In this document: piece by piece, positions 39,101 to 50,919 of the stretch
Position numbering within the stretch: the first letter of the stretch is position 1
Layout: each line of letters begins with the position of its first letter
From: Podarcis vaucheri
Lineage: Eukaryota
Direction: 5' to 3' (one strand)
DNA length: 64,000 bases
Assembly (NCBI GenBank): GCA_965113315.1
Contig: OZ220368.1
The notes under the pieces: generated by a model
The model's database searches: none
What the model was told of the DNA's origin: nothing
The model's input: the letters and a program-made list of their open reading frames with translations, nothing else
Made by a program: the position numbers and the translations under genes

Positions 39101-39780
39101 TGTGTTTATAGAGGCATAAGGGGGGATAACCATGACAGACAGGTCCAATGTAAGGCTGCCACTTTTCAGTTATTAAAACCATTTAATCAACTAAAAGGTA
39201 CCCCTGTTTAATCAGACAGCAGGCTTTTCAAAACATGTCACCCATACAAATACTTATGAAAACTGCAGATAAGGAAAAGGCACACCCCTTTTCTCTCACG
39301 TAAGAGGGAATGCCTCTTCTACAACGATGCTGCCTTCAATACGTGTGTGTATTATCTAAAGAATGGTAGGGGGAGGAAGTACGCTTCTTTGCCTCAGAAA
39401 TATTGGATGGTATTCTTCCAAGAAGTCCCACCAGAGATGGATTTCCACTTGCACAACAGGGTTTCCCCTCTCTCTTTCCCTCATGTGTGCCCCATACCTT
39501 CCTCAAATCTACTCCAAAGGGGACCCCTAAAGAGATTTAGGTGTGGAGTTTGGGGACGAGAGTGGGAGAACATTCTACTGTGCAAGCAGAAATCCTTGTG
39601 CTGACGCAATGTTCCCCTTAGCACTATCTTGGGTTCTACCCACTGTTTTTTACCCAGATACAACTTTATGCAAACTTTAATAGATTTAACTGCATAACAT
39701 TTGTTCAGTTGGCTTATAACTCTAGTTCAAAACTGCAAGATTCTGAAACTAAAACCTGTCTCACCTAACCAGGAGGCTAC

Positions 39781-39880
39781 TATGGTGTAGTGGCTATAGA
39801 GAGAGTGTCATACTAGGGCTGGGGAGATGCAGATTCAACGTCCCCTCATCAGCCGTGAGGGTCACACTAGGTGTCTTTGA
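39781..39880 (+). mobile_element. Degraded tRNA-derived SINE head
   Basis: tggtgtagtgg A-box and agattcaacgtcc B-box-like motif. Confidence 0.45.
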
Positions 39881-40544
39881 CAATAAATGTAATTAAGAAA
39901 AAGAAAGAAAGAAAGACCCTCTAGGGCTGCTTCTAAATCGGTATTTTCACCTTGACCATTATGTGGCGTGCAGAGACAATCCTCATTCTTCCAAAACCTC
40001 AGTAATTTCCAGTGCATTGGTCCGATGCTCAGGCCCTTGGTTTAAGCCTCTAAGTCATCATAGATCTTAAATAATATATATGATGGTGACCTACATCACA
40101 CAACAATTTGCATGGCAAACATGATGGCAATGAAGATGCTGTCTAGGGGAGGTACTGCATTGTCCCATATTACACTTTGGGATATATCTTGGGGGGGGGG
40201 GCAGAAATACTACCTTGCTGGGAGACGTATGAACTTTTTTGTGCCAAAAGCTGATTGAATCATGCAGAAAGGGCCTTAGGGATACCACGCCAGATGGGAT
40301 CAATAATATTTTTCATTCCTTGCTGGGAAGCTACATATGCCATGGTTTCTGCCTCTCCCGCATTAGAGATTTCTAATGTTTCGTGGCACTTGTTTGAACT
40401 CTAGCAAAGGCAGAGAAAGGGAGGCATTTGGACCACTGCTGCATCTTGGCTTTTCTCTTTAGAAGCCTTGATAGACCATGAGTGGATTCAGATGAACAGC
40501 TAACCTCAAGTATGGATGAGTTGACATGTTTCTGTATCTCAGTA

Positions 40545-40768
40545 CAGTGGTACCTCGGTTTACGAACCTAATCCATTCTGGAAGTCTGTTCTTAAACTGA
40601 AACCGTTCTTAAACCAAGGTGCACTTTCCCTAATGAGGCCTCCCGCCGCCGGTGCCCTTCCACTGTTCGGCTTTAAAGTTTGCAAACTGGGGCACTACTT
40701 CCAGTTTTGCGGACTTTGAAAACCGAATAGTTCGTAAACAGGGCTGTTCTTAAACCGAGGTACCATTG
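40545..40768. mobile_element. Tc1/mariner MITE, sister subfamily, inverted relative to the other copies
   Basis: TA|CAGTGGTACCTCGGTTTA ... TAAACCGAGGTACCATTG|TA. Its reverse complement aligns with the 2596 family (ggcggcgggaggcctcattag, ttaagaacagacttccagaatggatta). Confidence 0.88.
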
Positions 40769-40770
40769 TA

Positions 40771-40970
40771 CAGTGGTACCTCGGATTACAAATGCTTCAG
40801 GTTACAGACTCCGCTAACCCAGAAGTAGTACCTCGGGTTAAGAACTTTAGTTCAGGATGAGAAGAGAAATGGCGGCAGCGGGAGGCCCTATTAGCTAAAG
40901 TGTTAAGAACAGTTTCAGGTTAAGAACAGACCTCTGGAATGGATTAAGTTCTTAACCAGAGGTACCACTG
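40771..40970. mobile_element. Tc1/mariner MITE, same family as 2596-2821
   Basis: TA|CAGTGGTACCTCGG ... CAGAGGTACCACTG|TA; shares its left TA (40769-40770) with the preceding element. Confidence 0.9.
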
Positions 40971-41467
40971 TAGTGAGATTGTAGTTCTATTGGTCAGGTA
41001 TGCAGGTAGCAGTAGCCGTGGCAACCCTTAACTTAAGTTGAAGAGTAGGGGATTAGCCTTCACAAAATGTGAAAGACATTACTTCACCTCATGCACACAC
41101 AGAATTTCTCTGTGAACTACTGTTCTGGCCCTTTTGTCTAGTATAACACGTAAACACGATGCTTCTTGTTTTGTTGTTTCATACCCACTTCCAGACTTCT
41201 GTATTTTGCTTCTGGGAAAACAGCTCAAAAGCAAAGCCACATTGCTTAATCTGTGCCATACTTGGCCAGGGCAGGCCAGTATCCCCGACGTGACTCTGCT
41301 GCAAGCTTTCTCACGCTCTATGAAGAGAAAAAAGCCTGCCAAAGTTTGCTGTTTTCCCAAGGAGACTGCAATGAGGTTCGTGGTCACACTTGCGGGAACC
41401 CTAGACTATAAGATGATGTATCCAGCTGCTGGGTTAGAGGTTTTACTGCTGCAGATTCAGTCTGGGG

Positions 41468-41888
41468 TAGGGATGAGAGAAAAATGGATTCAGTTCACAT
41501 TTAAAGGCAAATCTATCAAATTTGTGCTTAACGAAGCAATATGAGAACTGAAACACAGCAGTCCTTTGAAATTCAGACTTTCAATTTCAAATTTTGCAAT
41601 GCATTTCTCCAGTGAACCAATGCTTGTATAAGGTAAAAGTGTGCATAAAAATGAAATAACATACAGAAATAGATTTTATTGGGAGAAATTGCTTCCAAAA
41701 ATATGTACATTATTCAAAACTGCAGACGAAAACATATTTCTAGCAAAAATTCACACTAAAAAGCTGGCGAATCTTCTTAAGGATTTTTTAAAAAATTGTG
41801 GATTGCTTCAGAAATGTGGAGACCTGAATTTAAGATTGGAAAAATAAGAAACAGAAGTATCTGAAATTGGTGGCTCGATCCATCCCTA
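41468..41888. mobile_element. hAT-superfamily non-autonomous element with 8-bp TSD
   Basis: TIRs TAGGGATG / CATCCCTA; flanks gtctgggg (41460-41467) and gtctggga (41889-41896), 7/8 identical. Confidence 0.85.
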
Positions 41889-42774
41889 GTCTGGGATATT
41901 TTCTTCCCCCTTTTTGTTCAGCACTGTCTGAAGGGGTGGGGCAGCAAACCTTTTTAGACACTTAGAAACGCTGACTTTTTCTTCTTCAGCCCCAACACAT
42001 TTAACCAGCTACCTTTCAGAATGGAATACTGAAGCCGTTGTCCAAATTTTACTTTGGCAGCCCACAGGGGAACATGAGCAAATTAGTTCCACCGTCAGAA
42101 GACTTCATTTATACCAAAGTCAGGATTTGTTGTCCTCAGCCTTCCTCTGACCCCAGCGCTTCCCTGTACTTTCCATGCAGGTGATCCAGCTTATTAAAGT
42201 ACAACCAAACAGTCAGCCTCAAGGAAATGGACAGAGTCCTTTCTAAATACATTCAGGCTTTGGCCAAAGAAATCAGCAGTAAGAGCCACAGTTCTTCCTT
42301 CAGTCCCTTTCCATGGGAAGTATCTTTAGGCCTGGAAAAGGGGGGGACGAGAATAATGCTGAGCTGCAGCCTCTGATTCCCAAACCAGGAAGATTCCAAA
42401 TAAGGTGATTTGTATGCAAGATCTTGAAAGTGAAGCAGTGCTGGCCATTCTTATACAGGAGTTTTGAGATTTGGTTGCTAGATTTCCCACTGCAGGTTAT
42501 TATTATTAATATTTCACAATCATCCATTGTATGCTATCGGTGACATAATGAGAGATTAGCTACTGATGCTAACCCAAGAGAAAACCCTCATGTCCTTTTG
42601 CTGAAAGGTGTGCGCAACAAAAGATAAGGAACCAGTTATACTGGCATCTTACTTTAAATTAATACTAGCTGCCTTTAGGCATTTGGAGGTGCCTCAGTTT
42701 TCCTATGAAAATCTGGGTGCCAGAAGTGTTTATAATGGAGCATTTAAACATAGGTTGGCACAAATGACTTAAAT

Positions 42775-42904
42775 GAGGGATAGAGAACCTGGGGTTCCCC
42801 ACATATTTCTAGACTGCAGCCATCATCCCCGATGACTGACTGTGCTGGCTGGGGCTCATGGGGGTCCAGTGATACTTGAAGGGCCACAGCTTCTCTATCC
42901 TTGG
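42775..42904. mobile_element. Short hAT-type MITE, same family as 30778-30916
   Basis: Termini gagggatagagaa / ttctctatccttg; flanks acttaaat and gcttaaaa resemble a decayed 8-bp TSD. Confidence 0.65.
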
Positions 42905-44675
42905 CTTAAAAACATCAGCACAATAATACATTTTTTTAAAATATAGAAAAAAATTATTTTTGGAAATCAGTATCATGTGAGATGCACACAAAAATAAACA
43001 AAGAATATTAAAAATCTAACCAAGAGATCAACTGTGTTATCAAATGGTAGAAAGAAGCAAGGGACGTGTATCTGTAATTATAGGGTACTAGATTTTTTTT
43101 AAGCATCCATTTTTCAGAGCCATGTTTGGGACATCAAATGCAGGCCATCAACTCTCATCTGCTTCAGCTCTATTGATATTAGGAACCAAAGTGTCTCACA
43201 AGCAGGTCCATAGAAGGAAGCAGCTCTGGGGAACACCAGAAGGGAACTGAAATGCAGGGCAGCAGCAACCATGTTGTGATCAGTTGTAATTAAGGGTTGC
43301 ACAGTGTTAAGTGAAGTTTGTTTGTTCCAGATTCTTATCACATCATTTTATAAAGTTTGCAGAGGCAAATATGCTAGTACATGTTCTCTGAGAGAACAAA
43401 TGAAGCAGAATAAAGAAGTCTATTCCATTATTATAGCAACGCATAGGACACAAGCTGGGTCAGCATATGAGAAGCTAGAGTCCTGGTTTTTTAAGGGGTA
43501 GGTCAGCAAAGGGTTTCATAACCCACAGTGATTTGGACCAAAAGTTAGCTACAAGCCTTCCCAGAAGTTTTATGAGAGGGGAATTGTGAAAAGCCCATCA
43601 GAGAAACTATGCTAATTTAAGAATTCCTTTGTTTCCCTGCAAATGAAGTGCACTTTGAACCAAGATGTTACATCGCTAGATGATTTTGAGCAGACTACCA
43701 AAAATTTCAGACTTCCAGTTGCATAACTTTAGAAGCAACACAACAAAAACTCATCCCCAGATACATTATGCTATTAGAAACCCTAGTCTGTGGTAACTCA
43801 CACAGAGATTTGGCGCTGTGTGTGGTTTTATGCAGTTATCTTGGTGTATGCCTCATGGGGTGCAGTAAGTAACTGGCTCCTCCCTTCAAACCACCACTTT
43901 GCACTTGACTCCAGTTAGTGAGAAGAAGGGAGGTCCTAATGGAAGCATCTGCCCACAGCAACTTACCCTAAACTGTGGAGTGATCGGGTAGAACCAGAAA
44001 GGGCAGTGGCTGCTTGACACCCTCCATGGGATCGTTTGGCAGGAACGAAGAAATTTGTCTAATATTCACAATACTTTCTAGGCTGATTTCAGCAACAAAT
44101 AGAAACTAGGGTGGGGATGAATGATCTTTTGCAGTGAAGAAGAGAAATATCTATAAGCTTAGATTGTGACCCTAAAGTAAAGTTCTGGAAGCCTGTTACA
44201 GCAAGCTAGACAAACTTTAGCAATCAGGCTAGTGGGTCACATTGCTTCCCCAGGACTATTGTGCAATGGTTAAAAAGTGCTTCTGGCATTCGAGGGGTAG
44301 GGTGATTGTATCAAAAGGCTCTAAACATCTGTGGAGATCATTGGAATGGAAATCCCCCTGCATGGGCGGTATGCAGTGGCTTAGACACATAAATGGCTCC
44401 ACGGAACTAGTGGCCTTGAGGCTGAGTTTTGCGTCACACCCCTTTTCCAAGGGGTGACATGTAGGACACAGGGGATATAATTAGGTGTCCCCATGGTTTG
44501 TGGTCACTTGCCATTTCTAATTGTCAGTTCTTATTTTGGGGCAAATTATAGGTTCCTCTCTAAGGAAAAAGAGCCAGTCTTTGTTGATACAATCCTTTTA
44601 ATATATATATATCCCAAAATTGCTTTTCACAAATTTTGATATCTTGGAAATGGCCCCTTCCTGTTTTCAGTAATA

Positions 44676-44916
44676 CAGTGGTACCTCAGGTTACATACTC
44701 TTCAGGTTACATACGCTTCAGGTTACAGACTCCACTACCCAGAAATAGTACCTCGGGTTAAGAACTTTGCTTCAGGAAAAGAACAGAAATCGTGCTCCGG
44801 CGGCGCAGCAGCAGGAGGAGGCCCCATTAGCTAAAGTGGTGCTTCAGGTTAAGAACAGTTTCAGGTTAAGAATGGACCTCCGGAAAGAATTAAGTACTTA
44901 ACCCGAGGTACCACTG
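44676..44916. mobile_element. Tc1/mariner MITE, same family as 2596-2821
   Basis: TA|CAGTGGTACCTCAGGTTA ... TAACCCGAGGTACCACTG|TA, with one extra internal cttcaggttaca unit. Confidence 0.9.
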
Positions 44917-45980
44917 TATATGATAGGTAAGAAATGGTTTCTGTGGCAAATACCTAAAAATAAGTGGAGGCATCATTAATTTTTAATGAATGACGGTTAA
45001 TTATAATTAGCAATCTAATTACAAGCAACCACCTGAAATTTGCTATAAAATTTGAGATTGAATGAATTTGTATTGAAAAGTAAGCCATTATTTTACAGGG
45101 GCATATTACGATCATCGGAAATAGGTGGAGTCATTTGTCCTTTTGTAATTGCTCGTGCTATTTATTGCAGAAGCTAGAAAGAGATACTTGAGACAACACA
45201 CACACACACACCTATCAGGTGACTACAGCCTCGGTCCTGCTGGGACCATCCTTGGTCTTTAAGGCTACAATCCCAAGTCTGAGGACCAGAACCTGGCAAT
45301 CCAAGATGGATTGTACTCTGTGTTTGCAAAAACTCAAATATAGCGTTTAAAGTCAAGCTTTTTTAGAAAGTGAGCAAATTCAGTGATTTATATGACATTT
45401 GGATCTCTGTGTATGTGTATACCAAGAAAAAGTATATGTGCAGCTGTAAAATAACACTTTTCCCAGTTGTTGGTGAATTATGTTTTGTTACACATAATAA
45501 TCCGCTACGTTTGTGAGTTATGGTAGACTGGAAAGCGATATTTTTCTAGTTTTATACTAGTTGGGGAGACTTTTGTTTCCTTCCATTCTGGTAAGTCAAA
45601 ACAGGACACACACACACACACACACACCTTTTAAATTGAGATATATTGTGTCCATTTATATGAATTAGTGGTATATTGAATAGGATGCTTGTTTCAGCAT
45701 TTTTCTCTAGAAAGTGCAGGATATTAGAAGTCCTTCACATCCTTCAGTGCTTTTCAGATCTCTGAGTATCCAAGAAGCAGCCCAGTACAGAAGTTCTTGA
45801 TGAGTAAATTCAAAATGAATGCAGAACAAGGCATTCTTGGTATATGGTTCATGTTGTTCTCCAGCATCAGGATTTGCAATCCAAAGCTAGGTTCCTTCTG
45901 TACAAACAGCTCAATTTCCTCCCTACTCCCAGTTGCAAGGGCACTCTGTAGGATAACCTGCCCTCCTTTTCTTCTTCCAG

Positions 45981-46112
45981 ACTTGGGATCTGTTGATCTG
46001 GACCAGTTTGATGGGCAGACATTAGGTGAACTGCTCAGGCACTACCTTCAGGAGCTCCCTTGCCCCGTGATTCACCCAGCAACTTACAGTGAATTACTTT
46101 ACATAGTTCAAG
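45981..46112 (+). CDS. Internal coding exon (132 nt, phase 1/1) of the p85-family PI3K regulatory subunit, BH/RhoGAP domain
   Basis: Acceptor ccttttcttcttccag|AC, donor CAAG|gtaaat. Reads (D)LGSVDLDQFDGQTLGELLRHYLQELPCPVIHPATYSELLYIVQ, versus p85alpha [44 protein letters not shown] from memory. Same 132-nt length as the recalled human PIK3R1 exon. Confidence 0.93.
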
Positions 46113-47024
46113 GTAAATGCCTGCTATTTCCTTTCTACCATTTTAAAAGCTTCATATTCCAGAGTTCTGTTGTGTCACACTTTTCAGGAAATAAAGGAAA
46201 AGCTGCCTAACTAGATACATCGGACTCAATCCTATTTTATTTTCAAAGGGGCTGCAGTTGGATAGTAGTGTTATAACTTTATACGTTTCTCTCTTTAAAT
46301 ATTGCTGTGATAATTTGAATTAATGTGTGGAAGCCTGTTGTGCTCTTGTATGCATGGATCAGTGAGGGCTGTTGTGATTGAGGCAGCAACACTCTAACTA
46401 GTGGTTTTTAGTCTCTGGCTGCAGTAAGGATGTGGTTTGATGAAGGTGTTTTAATTTATTGATCACCTTCCTTTTAATGGATTATCTTATTAGTTAATCA
46501 GTTGCATTTAAATAAAACTGCATAAAACACAGTATAGGTATATTTTACTTAATGTAATGTAAGAAAAATTACAATCTACTTGATGTAATACAGCATAAGA
46601 TAATTTACAATCTAATGAACAAAAATCACCACTCATTGTTAAGAAGGAAATACAGTCTTAATGTTTTTAAACCCATAATTGCAATAAAACACCAAAACAA
46701 AAGTAACATAAAAAAATAAACCAAAGAGCTTTAGTTTTCAGAACCACTAGTTAAAGTTAGCTCCCACTGATCAATCAACTAAAGCTTGAGATGATTGATC
46801 TGCCAGTTAAAATGTGCAACTCTAATGCTGACTTGTATTAAAGTCACCCCATCCCAAGCCAACTGATAATGTGGATTTGGCAGATAAATCAAAATGAGAT
46901 CTAGGCCTGTCCTGTACAGAGTTCATGCCGCTAATGAAATGAGATGGGGAGGGGCTTTAACAGATGCAGTAGTAGGAATGCTGTGTTTTTCTTGGGGGTG
47001 GGGGTGGGGGGCGGAATGAGGATT

Positions 47025-47261
47025 GAAGAAGAAGAGTTTGGATTTGATATCCCGCTTTATCACTACCCTAAGGAGTCTCAAAGTGGCTAACATTCCCTTC
47101 CTCCCCCACAAGAAACACTCTGTGAGGTGAGTGGGGCTGAGAGACTTCAGAGAAGTGTGACTGGCCCAAGGTCCCCCAGCAACTGCATGAGGAGGAGCAG
47201 GGAATCAAACCCGGTTCACCAGATTACGAGTCCACTGCTCTTAACCACTACACCACACTGG
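47025..47261 (-). mobile_element. Full-length tRNA-derived CORE-type squamate SINE (Squam3-like, family name tentative)
   Basis: The minus strand begins ccagtgtggtgtagtggttaagagc (A-box), has gggtttgattccc (B-box) and core-like gaccttgggccagtcac, and ends in (TTC)n. Confidence 0.85.
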
Positions 47262-47279
47262 ATTGCCCTTCCTTCCAGC

Positions 47280-47460
47280 ACATAGCTTGGCTCAGTTCTT
47301 AAACAATTATAGTGATAGAGCATCTGCATTGCAAGCTGCACGTCCAAAGCATCTCTAGGTAGGGTTGAAAGAGAGCCCTGCCTGGAGAGCCGCTGCCACC
47401 CAGTGTAGACAATACTGAGCTAGATGGTCTGGCTTGGTATAAGGCAGCTTCCTAGGTTTG
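47280..47460 (+). mobile_element. Older tRNA-derived SINE
   Basis: ctggagagccgctgccacccagtgtagacaatactgagctagatggtctggcttggtataaggcagcttccta; related copies near 9840 and 59880. Confidence 0.7.
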
Positions 47461-48362
47461 TTCCTAGAATGTTTTGTTGTTCTGTTTATCAGGTTGCCTG
47501 GGTAGGTCCACCTCTCGTCTACTCATAGGAAAATATATTCTGAACAGGAAGGGTTAATGCATGAGATGTGGTTGTGGGTTAGTATATGGAGGAGCTTACC
47601 TTAAGGTCCAAACTAGTTGGGACATGCTATTACATGTATCCTTCTTCCACCTTTGTAAGAGAAAAAGAAGCAGGGGAAAAACAAACTTGGGAAGTTGCAA
47701 GTTTAAGCAGAATAATGGCAGGAGAAGGAGGGCTGTTCCACCACTTCTCCTCCGGCCATTTCTCTGGTCAAACTCCCAGCAAGGTATTTATTTCCCCCCT
47801 GCAGAAGAAAGTGCTGAGCTTTCCATTGTAGGAGGCAGTGCATAAATTCCCTTTATTTTCCTTCGCCACCAGAAAAAGCAGCATGTCCCAATGCACTGGA
47901 CTCTGTTGACAATTCTTTCTTTTAAAATGTGCCAAATAGCTCCCTTCAGGTGTGGATTAGATAACTTTTTGCGTGTGTTCTAAGAACAAAGGATGTGGTC
48001 TTGGCAAGCTTTGACGGCTGATTTACCTATTATTTAGATTTGCACCACACTTTCCTGCCCTGATTCAGGTTCCATTTATTGCATCATCCCTGCCCTTTCA
48101 AAGAAATGAGATGGCAAAAGTAAAGTAACAAGGTGGAGGCTAGGCATGTCTCTCGTTCCAGTTCCATTCGAGTTTAATAGAATTCCTGTGCTACAAAGAA
48201 CCAATAAAGGCAAAATCAATTTATTAAATGTAACTCCCCTGCCTGAAGCTTCTGTGCTGGGTGCGGGGCTGTGCAGTTGTTGGCTTCAGACCAGTGTTGT
48301 GTTTTTCAGCTTGCCTGTGTACATGGTGGGTGCTCCAACTTAGTGCATGAGCATGTTGATAA

Positions 48363-48386
48363 GTGGTGGTGGTGGTGGTGGTGGTG
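48363..48386. repeat. (GTG)8 microsatellite
   Basis: Direct reading. Confidence 0.95.
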
Positions 48387-49879
48387 ACAGCCAACGGCCA
48401 GCTGAACATCAATGTTGTTGTGCTGGAGACAGCCAGGAGTTTATAGCATTGGGAGAAATTAAGAAGGAGACTGGAAACTGTAAAGAGCCCTGTCCAAATT
48501 CCAGTTCACATTCTTCCTATTCTTAGTAGTCCGGACACACCAGGAGACATGGTGCTGCTGCCTCAAGCACTGAAAAGGATATAAGCTCAGACCGTGTATG
48601 TTACTCCAGGCCAGAAGCCCAAGTGGCTGCCAAGTCCCTGTGATACTGGCCTAGAAAGAAAGTGTTATTGTAATTTTTTGGCTGAGCTGCCTGGTAGGGT
48701 TTTAACTGCAAACGAGTCCTTTTTTGGCTTTATATGGGCATAGAAAAATCTCTGGGGCCTTTTTTAATTTGACAAGTTGGAAGCCCCTCTTAGTTCTTGC
48801 GGGGTGTTTTTTTATTCTCCTCCTCTTCCTCCTCCTCTTCTTTTCCTTGGCCCTATATATAAATAAGTTTCTGTGTTTAGATTTAGATTTTACTGGAATT
48901 ATTTGTTGGAAGCATCAGGCCAAATACTTGAAACTGTGAAAGTTAAAAGAAGCAGAACTCAGAAGAGGAGACTTTGACTTTTCAGTGATCAGCAGAAGAA
49001 TCTCAGCTACTTGATTCCAAAGCCCCTGTAAAATGCATGCGTTTTTAAACGAATGCTATAAAAATAATAGCTAATAATAATGCTTAATGATACTTTCTAT
49101 TACTGTAGACCTATAAGCAGCAAGCCTCCTAAGCACCCTCGTCTTCATCTATCTTATGTGCTCTGCCTCCTGAGAGATGCCAAAAATAATTCTCCAATTT
49201 ACAAACCGGGAACTTAGACCCAGTATGATTAATGACATCGCCACATAAAATATGATGAGAAGAGACAGTTTGCCACTTACTTTGTATGCATTACTGGTAA
49301 CCATCTCCTAAAAATGCATCTGTATTGTCCATCAAGCATTGATATAGACAGTTCTAGCTCACACTGCTCTGTATAAAAATCTACATGCGTGAGCCCACCA
49401 AACCAAAGAAGGTTGCTGCTGTTACTTTTGTCAGAGCAATTCACCTGTTGGAGTGGGAGCCCAGATTCATTCCTTCCTTCCATTTTCTAAACAGGTAACT
49501 GCTGCTGGTCAAAACTCACAGAGCCGATAACTTTTACTCAGTGCTGGGCCTGTGGCCCTGATCCAGCAAACAGGAACTCTGTTTATGATACTAAGTGCTG
49601 GAAGCAGAAATACATAATGAGCGCTATGCCAGCATCCATTTGCAATCAACAGGAATGGATCCAGAATCTGGTAAGCATGCAGACGCCTGCTTTTTGCCTT
49701 ACAGATTGCTTATTTTGGATCATTTCCTTGCCCTGAACCAGTTAAGGGCAAATGGGTATCACTTCCAGCCCGTTGTAATTTTGTGATCATTACTACTGCC
49801 AACAGATTCGGATCAAATTTGACATATATCATCTTTGTTCTTCACCACAAGTGCACAGCCATTTTAAAGGTTTACCTTA

Positions 49880-50245
49880 AAGGTAAAGGTAAAGGTACCC
49901 CTGCCCGAAAGGGCCAGTCTTGACAGACTCTGGGGTTTGTGCGCCCATCTCACATCTATTGGCCGGGGGCCAGCGCTGTCCGAAGACACTTCCGGGTCAC
50001 GTGGCCAGCGTGACAACGCTGCTCTGGCGAGCCAGAGCCGCACACGGAACGCCGTTTACCTTCCCGCTGGTAAGCGGTACCTATTTATCTACTTGCCCCC
50101 GGGGGTGCTTTCGAACTGCTAGGTTGGCAGGCGCTGGGACCAAGCAGCGGGAGCGCACCCCGCTGCGGGGATTCGAACCGCCGACCTTTCGATCGGCAAG
50201 CCCTAGGCGCTGAGGCTTTAACCCACAGCGCCACCCGCGTCCCAA
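49880..50245 (-). mobile_element. Full-length, young Sauria SINE with 15-bp TSD
   Basis: The minus strand starts GGGACGCGGGTGGCGCTGTGGGTTAAA, has B-box GGTTCGAATCC and ends in (ACCTTT)n. CpGs are intact. TSD taaaggtttacctta at 49865-49879 and 50246-50260. Confidence 0.95.
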
Positions 50246-50895
50246 TAAAGGTTTACCTTATATATTAGTTATTTTGGAAAAACTCTGCCAGAGCATAGGC
50301 ATGTTGACTCAAGCTCCATAAAGTTGAGAAAGTAGAAGCTAAGGCTGACATCTTGGGTCAGTGATGTTGTCAGAAATGGACAATGTCACTTCAGCTTCAC
50401 ACCCTGTGCTGACTGTGGTTGGTAATAAAGTATATCTCATCAACTGAATACATACCATACAGTTAAAACCCATCCTGCCCCACTACTACAATAATTCTGG
50501 GAACTGTCATTTGCACACCACACAGTTACAATTCCCAGCACTCATAACAATCTACAGTTCCCAGGATTATTGGGGGGGGTGCTTTAAATGTATGATGTGT
50601 ACACAGCCTGTGTCTAATCAGAGTTCCTTAAAGTTCTTACAGCAAGGTGGAGGAGAATTCCAACTGGAACCCTACAACTGCATGCATGCAAAGTACTGAA
50701 CTCTAATTGTCTTCCAAGTTGTAGTATGTGTCTCTGAGTCAAGACAAATACACATCTAGTGATGTGAAGCTGTTGCAAGAGGTCAAGAGGTTAGTGCTCT
50801 TGCTGTTGCAGGTTTCAGGCATATGCTCAGCCCATAAATTTGCTTTCGGTGCCAGAACTGAGTTTCCAGGTCTGTTACACAAAAATTCAGTCCTG

Positions 50896-50919
50896 GATTA
50901 TGATTATGATTATGATTAT
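50896..50919. repeat. (GATTAT)4 microsatellite
   Basis: Direct reading; it produces the DYDYDY run in ORF 50728-51192. Confidence 0.9.

Larger units (their letters stand above)
2480..45980 (+). other. 43.5-kb GT-AG intron of the p85-family gene
   Basis: Starts gtaaga and ends ttccag. The flanking exons join in frame (...LLT-D-LGSVD...) with no p85 residues missing between them. Confidence 0.8.

Noticed and set aside
49595-49786. ORF containing LLILDHFLALNQ as the next BH-domain exon
   Set aside because: Spacing, phase and splice sites do not fit the expected roughly 200-nt phase-1 exon; the resemblance is superficial.
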